The notes beneath the pieces were generated by a model. The model was not told where the DNA came from. It ran no database searches and saw only the letters and a program-made list of their open reading frames with translations. From a virus, in IMG/VR virus record IMGVR_UViG_2675903591_000001, positions 5,429-69,428 of that record: a stretch of 64,000 nt of DNA; one strand, 5' to 3'. Shown one piece after another: positions 19,341 through 27,935 of this stretch. Numbering within the stretch: position 1 is the stretch's first letter; every line of letters begins with the position of its first letter. The position numbers and the translations under genes are program-made.

Positions 19341-20564
19341 ATGAGCGCCGTCCAAGTCCAAGACACCCCAGCGAAGGAAACCATCACCTGCCATTGGTGT
19401 TCTTGCGAGTTCCACCACCTGAAATCGCATCTGCAGGGCAAATGCACCGGCATTCCTGAAGAGCATAAGAGCAGTACCGTAGAAGACATCATCGCGGCAT
19501 ACACCACTCAGTTCCCCAACGCCCCAACGATTTCACCTTTGGCCATTAAGACAATTCAGGCTCGTAAGCAGGAAATTCAAGCTGCTGAGAGCAAAGCACC
19601 GACCGTTAAGGTTGGCTACATCGGCACTGAGGAATACAAGGTGGAGATGGTGGCCGCACACGAGCTGCTTGGCGTAGATCTGAAAAATCTATCCACCGCG
19701 CTAAACCAGCCCCTCAAGGTATCAGTGAACGTAAACACGCCATTCCCAGAGTTTGTACCGGTGGCCAAAGACAACTACGTATACGGTGACTTTGAGCTTA
19801 TCAAAGATGTTCTGATGATGATGGAGCTGGGCATTCCAGGCTATCTGTGGGGTCATGCAGGCACTGGCAAAACCTCTCTACCAACTCAGCTTTGCGCCCT
19901 GATGAATCGACCGGTCATCCGCTCTCAGCACACCGCTTCGACGGAAGAAGCTCATATCTCCGGGCAGATTCTGGCACGAGACGGTTCAACTTATTTCGAG
20001 CCTGGCTTGTTGGCACTGGCAATGCGTCACGGCTGGGTATATCTGGCAGATGAATACGACTTTGCATTCCCTCAAATTTTGGGCATCTACCAGCCAGTGC
20101 TGGAGGGTGAAGGTCTTGTCATCAAAGAAGCTACCCCAGAGTGGCGCCGCGTTGCACCGCACAAACGGTTTGCTTTCATCGCCACCGGCAACACAAACGG
20201 ATCTGGAGACGAAACAGGACTGTATCAGGGTACAAACCTGCAGAACGCCGCCAACTTCTCTCGCTTTGGAATTGTCTCGAAAGTTCATTACATGAGCCAG
20301 CGCGCCGAAACCAACATGCTGGTCAAAGCAGGCGCTACAGATGATTTCGCTCAGAAGCTGGTGCGCTTCGCAACTCTTATTCGTGAAGGCTACGAAACCA
20401 GCGTGATCTCACAACCAATTGGGCCGCGCGAGCTGCTGCTGTCTCTTCAGGTTGGTATTCGCCGCGGTGACATTCCAGCTGGTCTGCAACGCGCATTCAT
20501 CAACAAACTCCCTTCAGCGTCTGCCCAGGCAGCGCGCGAGATCGCGGATCGCATTTTCGTATGA
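19341..20564 (+). CDS. AAA+ ATPase, MoxR/CobS-like, partner of the vWA protein
   Basis: Walker A GHAGTGKTS and Walker B VYLADEYD; conserved CobS/CobT-like pairing. Confidence 0.8.
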   Translation: MSAVQVQDTPAKETITCHWCSCEFHHLKSHLQGKCTGIPEEHKSSTVEDIIAAYTTQFPNAPTISPLAIKTIQARKQEIQAAESKAPTVKVGYIGTEEYKVEMVAAHELLGVDLKNLSTALNQPLKVSVNVNTPFPEFVPVAKDNYVYGDFELIKDVLMMMELGIPGYLWGHAGTGKTSLPTQLCALMNRPVIRSQHTASTEEAHISGQILARDGSTYFEPGLLALAMRHGWVYLADEYDFAFPQILGIYQPVLEGEGLVIKEATPEWRRVAPHKRFAFIATGNTNGSGDETGLYQGTNLQNAANFSRFGIVSKVHYMSQRAETNMLVKAGATDDFAQKLVRFATLIREGYETSVISQPIGPRELLLSLQVGIRRGDIPAGLQRAFINKLPSASAQAAREIADRIFV

Positions 20565-20764
20565 GCAAAGGCTGCTTTGGTTCACTGATAGCAGCCTCTG
20601 AAACTAATCCCGTTTGCATGGCATGTTCCAGCAAGCGGGATTGCTTCGTTAAGGCACAAGAGACCGCTATCAAGATTTACGGGAAGTTCGCTGGCTTCCC
20701 AAACGACAAAATAAAAAAGACAAGTAAGGCAAAAGCACATGAAAGCATTAATGGTACGAACTGA
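20561..20764 (+). CDS. small Cys-containing protein (67 aa)
   Basis: ATGA-coupled; overlaps the dnaE N-fragment start by 26 nt. Confidence 0.35.
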   Translation: MSKGCFGSLIAASETNPVCMACSSKRDCFVKAQETAIKIYGKFAGFPNDKIKKTSKAKAHESINGTN

Positions 20765-23096
20765 CTTCTCCCTGGGTGAGTCGTCTTTGAAGGCAGAGCG
20801 CGCCGTAGAGAAAGCCCGCGAAATGGGTTACTCGTCGGTGATCTCCGCTGACAGCATGAATCTGGCATCCGTAATCCCCTTGCAGATGGCGGCTGGTGAC
20901 GATGTCGCGGTCATTTGTGGTGTAAAGCTGAACCTGGTTGACGATCCTACATACGAGCACCGCGCTCGACTCGCTAAGGAGTCTAAAGGATGTATGGAAT
21001 CATTAACGCGCGCGCGCAGCTACAGCTTCACGGCGCTCATTAAGAACGAGCAAGGTTATGTCGATCTCTGCGAACTGATGACGCTGGCAAACACACGCGA
21101 GCAGTTTTATCACGTTCCCCGTCTTGAGCTGGCGCAACTGCTGGCGACGTTCGCCAAAGGCAACATCATCCTGCTGACCTCGGACATGGGAAGCGTATTC
21201 CAGCGCCCGGACTTCGCGAAGATTATCGCCCAGCTGGTTCACGCTGGCGGCCGTGAGAACTTTTACTGCGCCGTTTATCCGATTGCTACCCCACTCTATG
21301 ACCAGCTGAATAGCAAAGCGCTCAAGGTGGCCAGTGCTCTTAAGATCGAGCCGGTGGCGTTCTACCCTGCTTACTACGAGGCTCCCACTGACGCTGACAT
21401 CAAAGACATCGCGCATATGGTGCTGAACAACATCAAAATCGACCAGCTGCACCGTATGCGAATCCCGTATCAACGTGACAATGGCGTTAATGATCGCCGC
21501 CACTTACTCCAGCTATTGAAGGAGTTTGCGGTGCGGATGGGTGTCAACGTCACGCCAGCAATGGTCTCAACAACTCAGGACGCGATCATTGATGCGTGTA
21601 CATGGCGCTGGCACCCGCTGGAACCCGCTTTACCAACCATGGCAGATGATGAGCCAGCCACATTGCGTAAACTCGCTGTAGAGGGGCTGAGGAAGCGTCT
21701 TAGCACCAAAGAGTTCGGCTATGCACCACCAGCCACAATGCACCGTGATTATGTTGAGCGCCTGAAGTACGAACTTGATGTTTTAACCCGCCTTGGCTTC
21801 TGCGGCTACTTCCTCATGGTTCACGACCTGATGAATTACGCTCGCGGCGCCGGGATTCCTGTTGGGCCTGGCCGTGGTTCATCCGCTGGCTCTCTTGTCG
21901 CCTGGTGCGTGGGGATTACAAACGTAGACCCTATTCGCCATGGATTGCTGTTCGAACGTTTCATTAACCCTGAACGTCTCGACTTGCCCGATGCTGATCT
22001 GGACTTTAGCCAGGCACGTCGTCACGAGGTCATTGAGTACCTGGGTGAGCGTTACGGGGAGGATTACGTCGCTGGCATTCCCAACTTCACATACCTCGGT
22101 GCAGCTTCAGCACTGCGCGACACCGCACGTATCTTTGGCGTGGATTCAGCGGATATGGCGGTATCGAAAGACCTGCGCTTTGTCGATGACGATTCACTGT
22201 CACTCGAAGAGATGCGCGAAGAGCTTTCCAGCCTGGACAAATACGCAGCCAAATACCCGGACGCATTTAACGCGGCCACCAAATTGCAAAGTCTCATGCG
22301 CGGATTCGGCCGCCACGCAGCTGGCATGATCGTAGCCGGTGTGAAACTGACAGAGCGCACACCGGTCGAGCGACGCGGGGATGCGCGTGTAATCGCTTTT
22401 GACAAGCGTTACTGCGAATCCATGGGATTGATTAAGTTGGACGTGCTAGGTCTCGCTACGCTCGATCTGCTGGCTTATGCGCAGCAATACGTGAAAGAAG
22501 CCACGGGAAGCGTGATTGATCTCGATGCAATTCCACTAACTGACAAAAAGGTTCTTGATGGCTTTGCCGGTGGCCACACCCAGGGCGTGTTCCAGCTTGA
22601 ATCAGGATCGATGCGTAAGCTGCTAAAGGATCTGGGCGGCGGCATTGATCCGATGAGCTTTGAAACAGTTGTCGCCACGACAGCATTATTCCGACCTGGC
22701 CCGATCGAATCTGGAATGTTGGACAGCTACGTTTCGGTGGCCAAAGGCTTCAAAGAGGCTGATTCCATCCACCAGGTACTCGATGAGCTTACCTCTGAGA
22801 CCAATGGGGTAATTCTCTTTCAGGAACAAACCATGAAGGCCACGCAGCTGCTGGCCGGCTTCACGCTCGCGGAAGCTGATGGCGTCCGAAAAGCGATCGG
22901 TAAAAAAGACATGGAGAAGATGAAGAAGGTCGGTAACCAGTTTATCGAGCAAGCCCAGGCCGGCTGGATAGAGGTGAAGCTGGAAGACGGAACCACTCGC
23001 CAGTTCCACCGCGCGGAGCACTTCAAATGTGCCGATGGCAAGCTGCGAACCATCGAAGAAGCAATGCACGATGGCGCCGACGTTCTGGGCATCTAA
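20739..23096 (+). CDS. dnaE: DNA polymerase III alpha subunit (DnaE), N-terminal fragment: PHP, palm, thumb and most of the fingers
   Basis: PHP motifs at the N-terminus; palm GRGSSAGSLVAWCVGIT ... DPI; DLPDADLDF catalytic aspartates; finger region ending RKAIGKK. Confidence 0.8.
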   Translation: MKALMVRTDFSLGESSLKAERAVEKAREMGYSSVISADSMNLASVIPLQMAAGDDVAVICGVKLNLVDDPTYEHRARLAKESKGCMESLTRARSYSFTALIKNEQGYVDLCELMTLANTREQFYHVPRLELAQLLATFAKGNIILLTSDMGSVFQRPDFAKIIAQLVHAGGRENFYCAVYPIATPLYDQLNSKALKVASALKIEPVAFYPAYYEAPTDADIKDIAHMVLNNIKIDQLHRMRIPYQRDNGVNDRRHLLQLLKEFAVRMGVNVTPAMVSTTQDAIIDACTWRWHPLEPALPTMADDEPATLRKLAVEGLRKRLSTKEFGYAPPATMHRDYVERLKYELDVLTRLGFCGYFLMVHDLMNYARGAGIPVGPGRGSSAGSLVAWCVGITNVDPIRHGLLFERFINPERLDLPDADLDFSQARRHEVIEYLGERYGEDYVAGIPNFTYLGAASALRDTARIFGVDSADMAVSKDLRFVDDDSLSLEEMREELSSLDKYAAKYPDAFNAATKLQSLMRGFGRHAAGMIVAGVKLTERTPVERRGDARVIAFDKRYCESMGLIKLDVLGLATLDLLAYAQQYVKEATGSVIDLDAIPLTDKKVLDGFAGGHTQGVFQLESGSMRKLLKDLGGGIDPMSFETVVATTALFRPGPIESGMLDSYVSVAKGFKEADSIHQVLDELTSETNGVILFQEQTMKATQLLAGFTLAEADGVRKAIGKKDMEKMKKVGNQFIEQAQAGWIEVKLEDGTTRQFHRAEHFKCADGKLRTIEEAMHDGADVLGI

Positions 23097-23168
23097 CCGT
23101 TTAACGCAGCTTGGATGCCGTATCTGAGCTGCGAAAATTAATACATGGATTGTGATTAAGAGGCACCA

Positions 23169-24338
23169 ATGAAAGTTTTAGAGACGATTTCCACGAAGCC
23201 CGGACTAAGCGACAGCAAAGCAAAAGAGATCTGGGAAGCGTTTGAGAAAAACGGGGCGTATCAGTTCAACAAATCTCACTCAGTGGCTTACTCGCTGATT
23301 AGCTATCAGTCGATGTTCATGAAGACGCACTACCCTGCCCAATTCTTCGCAGCAGCGCTGACTATTTTGGGTGATGACAAGCATCAGGGGCTGGTTAAAG
23401 ACGCTCTGAGCTTTGGCATTCGCATCTTGCCACCAGATGTAAATATCTCGACCAACCGCATTGAGATCCGCCAGATGGAAGACGGTACGCAAGTGCTGTA
23501 TGCGCCCTTCTCAGCTGTTAAAGGATGCTCAGAGAATGGATGCCAGGCGATCATGCGCGCCCGAGCGAAAGTGGGAGGCCATTTCACCGACATCATGCAG
23601 TTTGAAGAGGCGGTTGAGAAGCGCGCCTGCAACAGTCGTGTTCGTGATTCTCTCGATCGTGTCGGTGCATTTGCCAGCATCATCCCCGGCAGCTTACCCG
23701 CAACTTCCGAAGAGCGTCGCCGTGACCAGGCGGAGCTGATGGGTAATCTGGTGATCGATGCGGTAAAAGCGACACGCCGGTTTGAAATGAACCTGAAACG
23801 CCAGGCTGAAGTAAACGTGCTGATGACGAATATGGCCGCTGAAATGGGGCTGGGTGATGAGCTTATCCGTCCGAGCATCGGCATCAAACCACGCTTGATG
23901 ATCATCCTCGACAACGCCAACGGTAACGATGGAAAAACCGGCTACTTCATGGAGAACGGTTATGACGACTTCAAGGCGAAGTTGCTGGTTGCCGGTGATC
24001 TGAAGATGGGCGATTTGTACGTTACCGGCGTTTGCAAGAAGGTGAAGGACAAAGAAAAGGACTACACCAAAGACGAGTTAGGCCAGTTTAACGAGTTCAT
24101 CAAAGCAGAGGTGGCTTTGGTACGACCAACGTACATTCTTACGTGCGGCGCCAAGTCCACCAGCCTGTTTAACAACAAATCGAAGCCATCAGATCTTGTT
24201 GGCCGCAAAGAGTATCTGCCGGAGTTGGATGTCACGGTATTCTATGGCTTTAATCCCAACATTCTCCACTTCCGCCCAGAAGAAGGCGAAAAGCTGGAGT
24301 TGATCCTCGCTGACGTTGCCGAGGCAGTAAATTCGTGA
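23169..24338 (+). CDS. dnaE: DNA polymerase III alpha subunit, C-terminal fragment (end of fingers, HhH, divergent tail)
   Basis: YQFNKSHSVAYSLISYQSMFMKTHYPAQFFAAALT and ILPPDVNIS match the DnaE region after the fingers; has its own SD (AAGAGG) and ATG. Confidence 0.7.
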   Translation: MKVLETISTKPGLSDSKAKEIWEAFEKNGAYQFNKSHSVAYSLISYQSMFMKTHYPAQFFAAALTILGDDKHQGLVKDALSFGIRILPPDVNISTNRIEIRQMEDGTQVLYAPFSAVKGCSENGCQAIMRARAKVGGHFTDIMQFEEAVEKRACNSRVRDSLDRVGAFASIIPGSLPATSEERRRDQAELMGNLVIDAVKATRRFEMNLKRQAEVNVLMTNMAAEMGLGDELIRPSIGIKPRLMIILDNANGNDGKTGYFMENGYDDFKAKLLVAGDLKMGDLYVTGVCKKVKDKEKDYTKDELGQFNEFIKAEVALVRPTYILTCGAKSTSLFNNKSKPSDLVGRKEYLPELDVTVFYGFNPNILHFRPEEGEKLELILADVAEAVNS

Positions 24339-24592
24339 GCAAGCCTCACATCCTCTATAGGGCAGACTTGCGCTGCCCCAACTGCAAATCAGCGCCTGAA
24401 GTCATTCGAATGACGGATGAGAATACCGAGCAATTTTGGTGGGAAGAGAACGGCACGACATATCCCGTTTTATTGCGCCATACAGAGCTGGCAGCACGTC
24501 ATTGCACATTCAGAACTGAGATCTACCACCTGACCCTTCCGCTGGCTATTGGCGTTTGGAAAGAACAAATTAAAAACAGGAATAAACGATAA
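24335..24592 (+). CDS. hypothetical small protein (85 aa, GTG start overlapping the dnaE-C stop)
   Basis: ORF with a CxxC pair. Confidence 0.4.
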   Translation: MSKPHILYRADLRCPNCKSAPEVIRMTDENTEQFWWEENGTTYPVLLRHTELAARHCTFRTEIYHLTLPLAIGVWKEQIKNRNKR

Positions 24593-24969
24593 TGACTACC
24601 GAATTGGCACCGGCGATGATTGAGAAAGCGCGCGAAGCAATTACCCGCTCTAACTTCTGGGAGTTTATCGACCGCACTATGACACTTGAGCTGGCCGTGG
24701 CCAGCGCCAAATACGATGGCGAACGCGCCCCTAATCGTTTACGCAAGGCGGCCAAGGCAATGCTCAACGTCGTTTACGATCCTCTTATGCGTCGATTCGT
24801 TGACGGCATCAGTAGTTCGAGCAAAGCGCTGGAAAAGCTAGATGAGCTAAAGGCGTACCGCGACAGTCTGGTGACAAAGGTAGCCAATGAGTTTACTGAG
24901 GCCGAAAAGTTTGGCGACGTTGGCGAGTACCGCCGTCAAAGAGCTGCGAGAATGATGCAAGCAGCGTAA
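24592..24969 (+). CDS. hypothetical protein (125 aa)
   Basis: ATGA-coupled helical protein. Confidence 0.45.
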   Translation: MTTELAPAMIEKAREAITRSNFWEFIDRTMTLELAVASAKYDGERAPNRLRKAAKAMLNVVYDPLMRRFVDGISSSSKALEKLDELKAYRDSLVTKVANEFTEAEKFGDVGEYRRQRAARMMQAA

Positions 24970-24971
24970 GC

Positions 24972-24994
24972 AAAAGGCGCTATATAGCGCCTTT
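24972..24994. terminator. bidirectional terminator AAAAGGCGCTATATAGCGCCTTT
   Basis: perfect palindromic GC stem between the convergent 24592..24969 (+) and 24997..25797 (-) genes. Confidence 0.6.
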
Positions 24995-24996
24995 AA

Positions 24997-25797
24997 TTAT
25001 TTAACTCTTAGGAAAGTTGTGCTCAATACATTTTTATATCTATTCAAGTCGTTTTGTATTCCTGCTTCATTTACAATTAATCCTGCAGGGTCATATACAA
25101 GGCAAATCAAATGCCCACAATCTGGATGTTTCGTATACTTCATAATATCCTCTATTAACTGTTTTCCAATCTCTTTATCATTTAGACCCGCCCTCGTCAT
25201 TTTGCATTCGATTACGATTTTTTCTTTATGTAAAACAAAATCGATGCGGGCGTTCCGATTAAATGTTGAAGAAACAGCGTCCTCACATCTAATATCATCG
25301 AATTCAATTTTCAGAAGAGCATGGAGTAGGTCTTGCACATCATATTCATCATTCATCAACAATGGTGGTCTTGAAGCATATCTGATTTTCATAGCATCCA
25401 CGACCAGACCGAAACGCTCACATATATTTATGGCTTTTGATAGCGAGTCAACATTAGCAGACCCAAACAATTCGCCTCTATATTTTCTATAGTCAGATGT
25501 TATTTTATTAATTAACCCAACCGTATTTCTAATTATATCATCGCGAACAACTTTATAGTCTAGGTCTCTATCGTAAGATTTCATATCGGTTTTTTTAATG
25601 ACCGCCGAGATTTCCTTCCACTCACTAACAAAATCATGATTTGAAGGATATAAAGCCCTTATAGCTACCTCAATTTCATCAAAGGTCCTTTGGGTAACGC
25701 GGCTTCCAAAACAAATATCCTCTTTATTTTTAATGATAATTTTCCGCGAAATCAACTCATTTATTGCCCGCACTTTGGCGTCAGGATTCAGTTCCAT
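24997..25797 (-). CDS. putative effector of the cyclase operon: an uncharacterised N-terminal domain and a C-terminal PD-(D/E)xK nuclease-like domain
   Basis: C-terminal IDFVLHKEKIVIECK gives the D-(x11)-E-x-K catalytic pattern after an acidic helix; start set at MELNPD (ATG 25795..25797), which has a GAGGT SD. The track's longer ORF would read through the intergenic hairpin. Confidence 0.6.
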   Translation of the reverse strand: MELNPDAKVRAINELISRKIIIKNKEDICFGSRVTQRTFDEIEVAIRALYPSNHDFVSEWKEISAVIKKTDMKSYDRDLDYKVVRDDIIRNTVGLINKITSDYRKYRGELFGSANVDSLSKAINICERFGLVVDAMKIRYASRPPLLMNDEYDVQDLLHALLKIEFDDIRCEDAVSSTFNRNARIDFVLHKEKIVIECKMTRAGLNDKEIGKQLIEDIMKYTKHPDCGHLICLVYDPAGLIVNEAGIQNDLNRYKNVLSTTFLRVK

Positions 25798-25810
25798 TAT
25801 AACCTCTAAA

Positions 25811-25833
25811 AATAGGGGCTTCCGCCCCTTTTG
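25811..25833 (-). terminator. GGGGC-GGAA-GCCCC hairpin plus TATTTTT between the cyclase and effector genes (candidate attenuator or partial terminator)
   Basis: lies just after the cyclase TAA stop and just before the effector SD. Confidence 0.35.
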
Positions 25834-25834
25834 T

Positions 25835-26608
25835 TTATCCGACGTTGATCCGATAACCTTGAACGCCACCTCTGCCTATGTCACTTAATACAAATGACAA
25901 CCTGCCACCTTTTGAGGAAGGCCAAGCTGCTCTCAAATTGCTATCAATAAGAATAACATTGTTGCCACCTGAAAGTTTAGTTGCTCTGAACACGCATTCT
26001 CCATATGCTTTAGCATGTCTAGCTCCTTCAATTCCAGAAAGGCTTACCAGCGCCTTGCTAAGTGCCAATCCAATACCAATCTTCAAGGGCGGAAGGTCGT
26101 ATCTATTTGCTAAGGCGGTGTTTACGATATCTAAAGTATTATTTAAGCAATCTTTAGCCGCATTGTGAGCATCGTAAATGTACTGTTCCGGTTTTTCTTC
26201 TTCTTTTTTGAAAAAACCAAGAACACCATCACCTAAATATTCAGTGACACCCCCTTTATATATATTTATTGTTTTCTCAAGAGCAGGCAAAAGAGCAGAG
26301 GTTTCATAAAACACACGCTGTATTCCCTCAAGCCTAATCGAATTACTGGCAGTAAGCATGTGATCTGTAGAATTGCGCATATCGGCAACAATAGCTATGA
26401 AATCGTCTACTATCGTCTCGCCTTCCATAACTATTTCATGCCCAGGTATTTGACTTGGGGCCGAGTCCATAGCACTCTTATTGAAGGCTTCGGTGCCGAC
26501 TCTACTCTCTGATATTAATTTATATCCACCATTACTCCAATGGTATTCAGCTTGATTAAGAGACCTATCAACTAAGTTAGCAATTATTGACCGCTGATCA
26601 TTATTCAT
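25835..26608 (-). CDS. class III nucleotidyl cyclase domain protein (Pycsar PycC-like or adenylate/guanylate cyclase-like), minimal size
   Basis: FIAIVADMRNST matches the F-A-D-I-x-G-F-T metal site; YLGDGVLGFF matches the I-G-D-A-Y-M second Asp motif; KIGIGLALSKALVSLSGIEGARHAKAYGECVFRATKL matches the RIGIH.G.V..G..G......Y...G..VN.ASR transition-state region; its ATG overlaps the upstream TGA (ATGA). Confidence 0.7.
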   Translation of the reverse strand: MNNDQRSIIANLVDRSLNQAEYHWSNGGYKLISESRVGTEAFNKSAMDSAPSQIPGHEIVMEGETIVDDFIAIVADMRNSTDHMLTASNSIRLEGIQRVFYETSALLPALEKTINIYKGGVTEYLGDGVLGFFKKEEEKPEQYIYDAHNAAKDCLNNTLDIVNTALANRYDLPPLKIGIGLALSKALVSLSGIEGARHAKAYGECVFRATKLSGGNNVILIDSNLRAAWPSSKGGRLSFVLSDIGRGGVQGYRINVG

Positions 26609-27174
26609 GCCTGAACTCCAAAATTGAAGTAATATACAGTAGATAGAAACATACCTAAAGTAAGCCATCCCAAAGTCAAGTTAGTGCATACATTGACCCG
26701 AAGATTTTTAACATTACGAATTAAAGATACTTTCATCTTTTCACTAGCTAGTTCTTCAAGTAATTTTTGTTCATCTTGAGGTATAGCTGATAGGTAAGTT
26801 TGAACATCTTGAGTTGCTCTAACATCACTGATGCTAAAGAAATCCTTCTTCCCTATGAGAGGCATGCCACCCATGTAAAAAGTATCAGCTGGAACTATGC
26901 CGATCATATGTTTTTTTATGTCAGTTATTGGCGACAAACTTTTGAACAAAACATATACCGAGGCAAGCCATAAGAATGCTGTAATTACTGAAACAAATCC
27001 CAAGTGGTAAGGAGAAGTCCAAAGCTTTGCCACTGCTTTGGAAAGGCCTTCAACTGAAGTCAAAGGAAGAAAGATAACGACAAACAAGAAGCCAATCTTG
27101 ACATCTGTTGCACGAATAGTGGCTTGGGTATCATTAATCGATTGATAAAGAAACTCTATTTGTTTTTCTTTCAT
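26605..27174 (-). CDS. 3-TM membrane protein, first gene of the cyclase operon
   Basis: hydrophobic helices IGFLFVVIFLPLTSV, LGFVSVITAFLWLASVYVLF and LTLGWLTLGMFLSTVYYF; stop overlaps the cyclase start; weak candidate promoter TTGTTA-N17-TCAATA upstream on the - strand, around 27200..27240. Confidence 0.6.
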   Translation of the reverse strand: MKEKQIEFLYQSINDTQATIRATDVKIGFLFVVIFLPLTSVEGLSKAVAKLWTSPYHLGFVSVITAFLWLASVYVLFKSLSPITDIKKHMIGIVPADTFYMGGMPLIGKKDFFSISDVRATQDVQTYLSAIPQDEQKLLEELASEKMKVSLIRNVKNLRVNVCTNLTLGWLTLGMFLSTVYYFNFGVQA

Positions 27175-27384
27175 TTTTTACTTAGCGCCATCCGCATTGA
27201 CAAGTTAGATTTATTGAGAAAAATCCCATAGATTTAACAACTTTTTCTGACCCTAGACAACACCTTATGTTTCGTCCCTGAAGTCAAAGCAACGCTGATC
27301 GGCTAATCTCCAATAAATTATTAAATTTTGTTCAATTCTGGTAAAGTTTTGAAACCAAAAATTAGCTAATGAGCTACATGAAAT

Positions 27385-27813
27385 ATGAACAATATTCTTG
27401 ACCAAATTATCATCGACCTTGAGTTTTATCGCGACGACCTTGAGGCGGTCTGGCAACGACAACCAGTGCTGCTCATGCAGTACGGTGCAAGACTGGCGCA
27501 GGCTGAAAGACAAGTGGCTGATGCTAAGCGCGGCCTCGATGCTGTTGAGGCCAAACTTTATGACACACACCGTAAAGACTTGAGTATGAACGGAATCAAG
27601 TTCAACGAATCAATCCTCGACGCCAAGGTAAAGACCAGCGTCAGCTACCTATCCCATCGGCAAAAGCTGGATGATGCTCGTTACCTGGCAGACATGTACA
27701 AACATGCCGTTGCAGCCTTTAACCACCGAAAAGACATGATCGTGCAGGCATCTAAGCTCGCCATTATTGAAATCGAACGCATGGGCGCCGAGCGTTTTAA
27801 TCGCCCCTCCTGA
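27385..27813 (+). CDS. hypothetical protein (142 aa)
   Basis: helical ORF. Confidence 0.5.
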   Translation: MNNILDQIIIDLEFYRDDLEAVWQRQPVLLMQYGARLAQAERQVADAKRGLDAVEAKLYDTHRKDLSMNGIKFNESILDAKVKTSVSYLSHRQKLDDARYLADMYKHAVAAFNHRKDMIVQASKLAIIEIERMGAERFNRPS

Positions 27814-27935
27814 CACCCTGTTTTTATATCTGGATTATAGCTAGTTAACTAGCTATTATGCGCTTGCTCGTTAGCGAGTCACGACTGCCCAAAGTGCAAT
27901 GCACCCTCGGCCAAAAACAATAATGGAGAAACACA

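Noticed and set aside
23097-23168. Read-through or programmed frameshift joining the two dnaE genes
   Set aside because: Both ORFs are already in the same frame, and the 72-bp gap has three in-frame stops and an independent SD and ATG. Recoding is implausible. A genuine split or an assembly error are the alternatives
25835-26608. Cyclase protein as a GGDEF diguanylate cyclase
   Set aside because: There is no GG(D/E)EF motif. The motifs match class III cyclases instead (the F-A-D-I-type first Asp and the I-G-D-x-Y/F second Asp)
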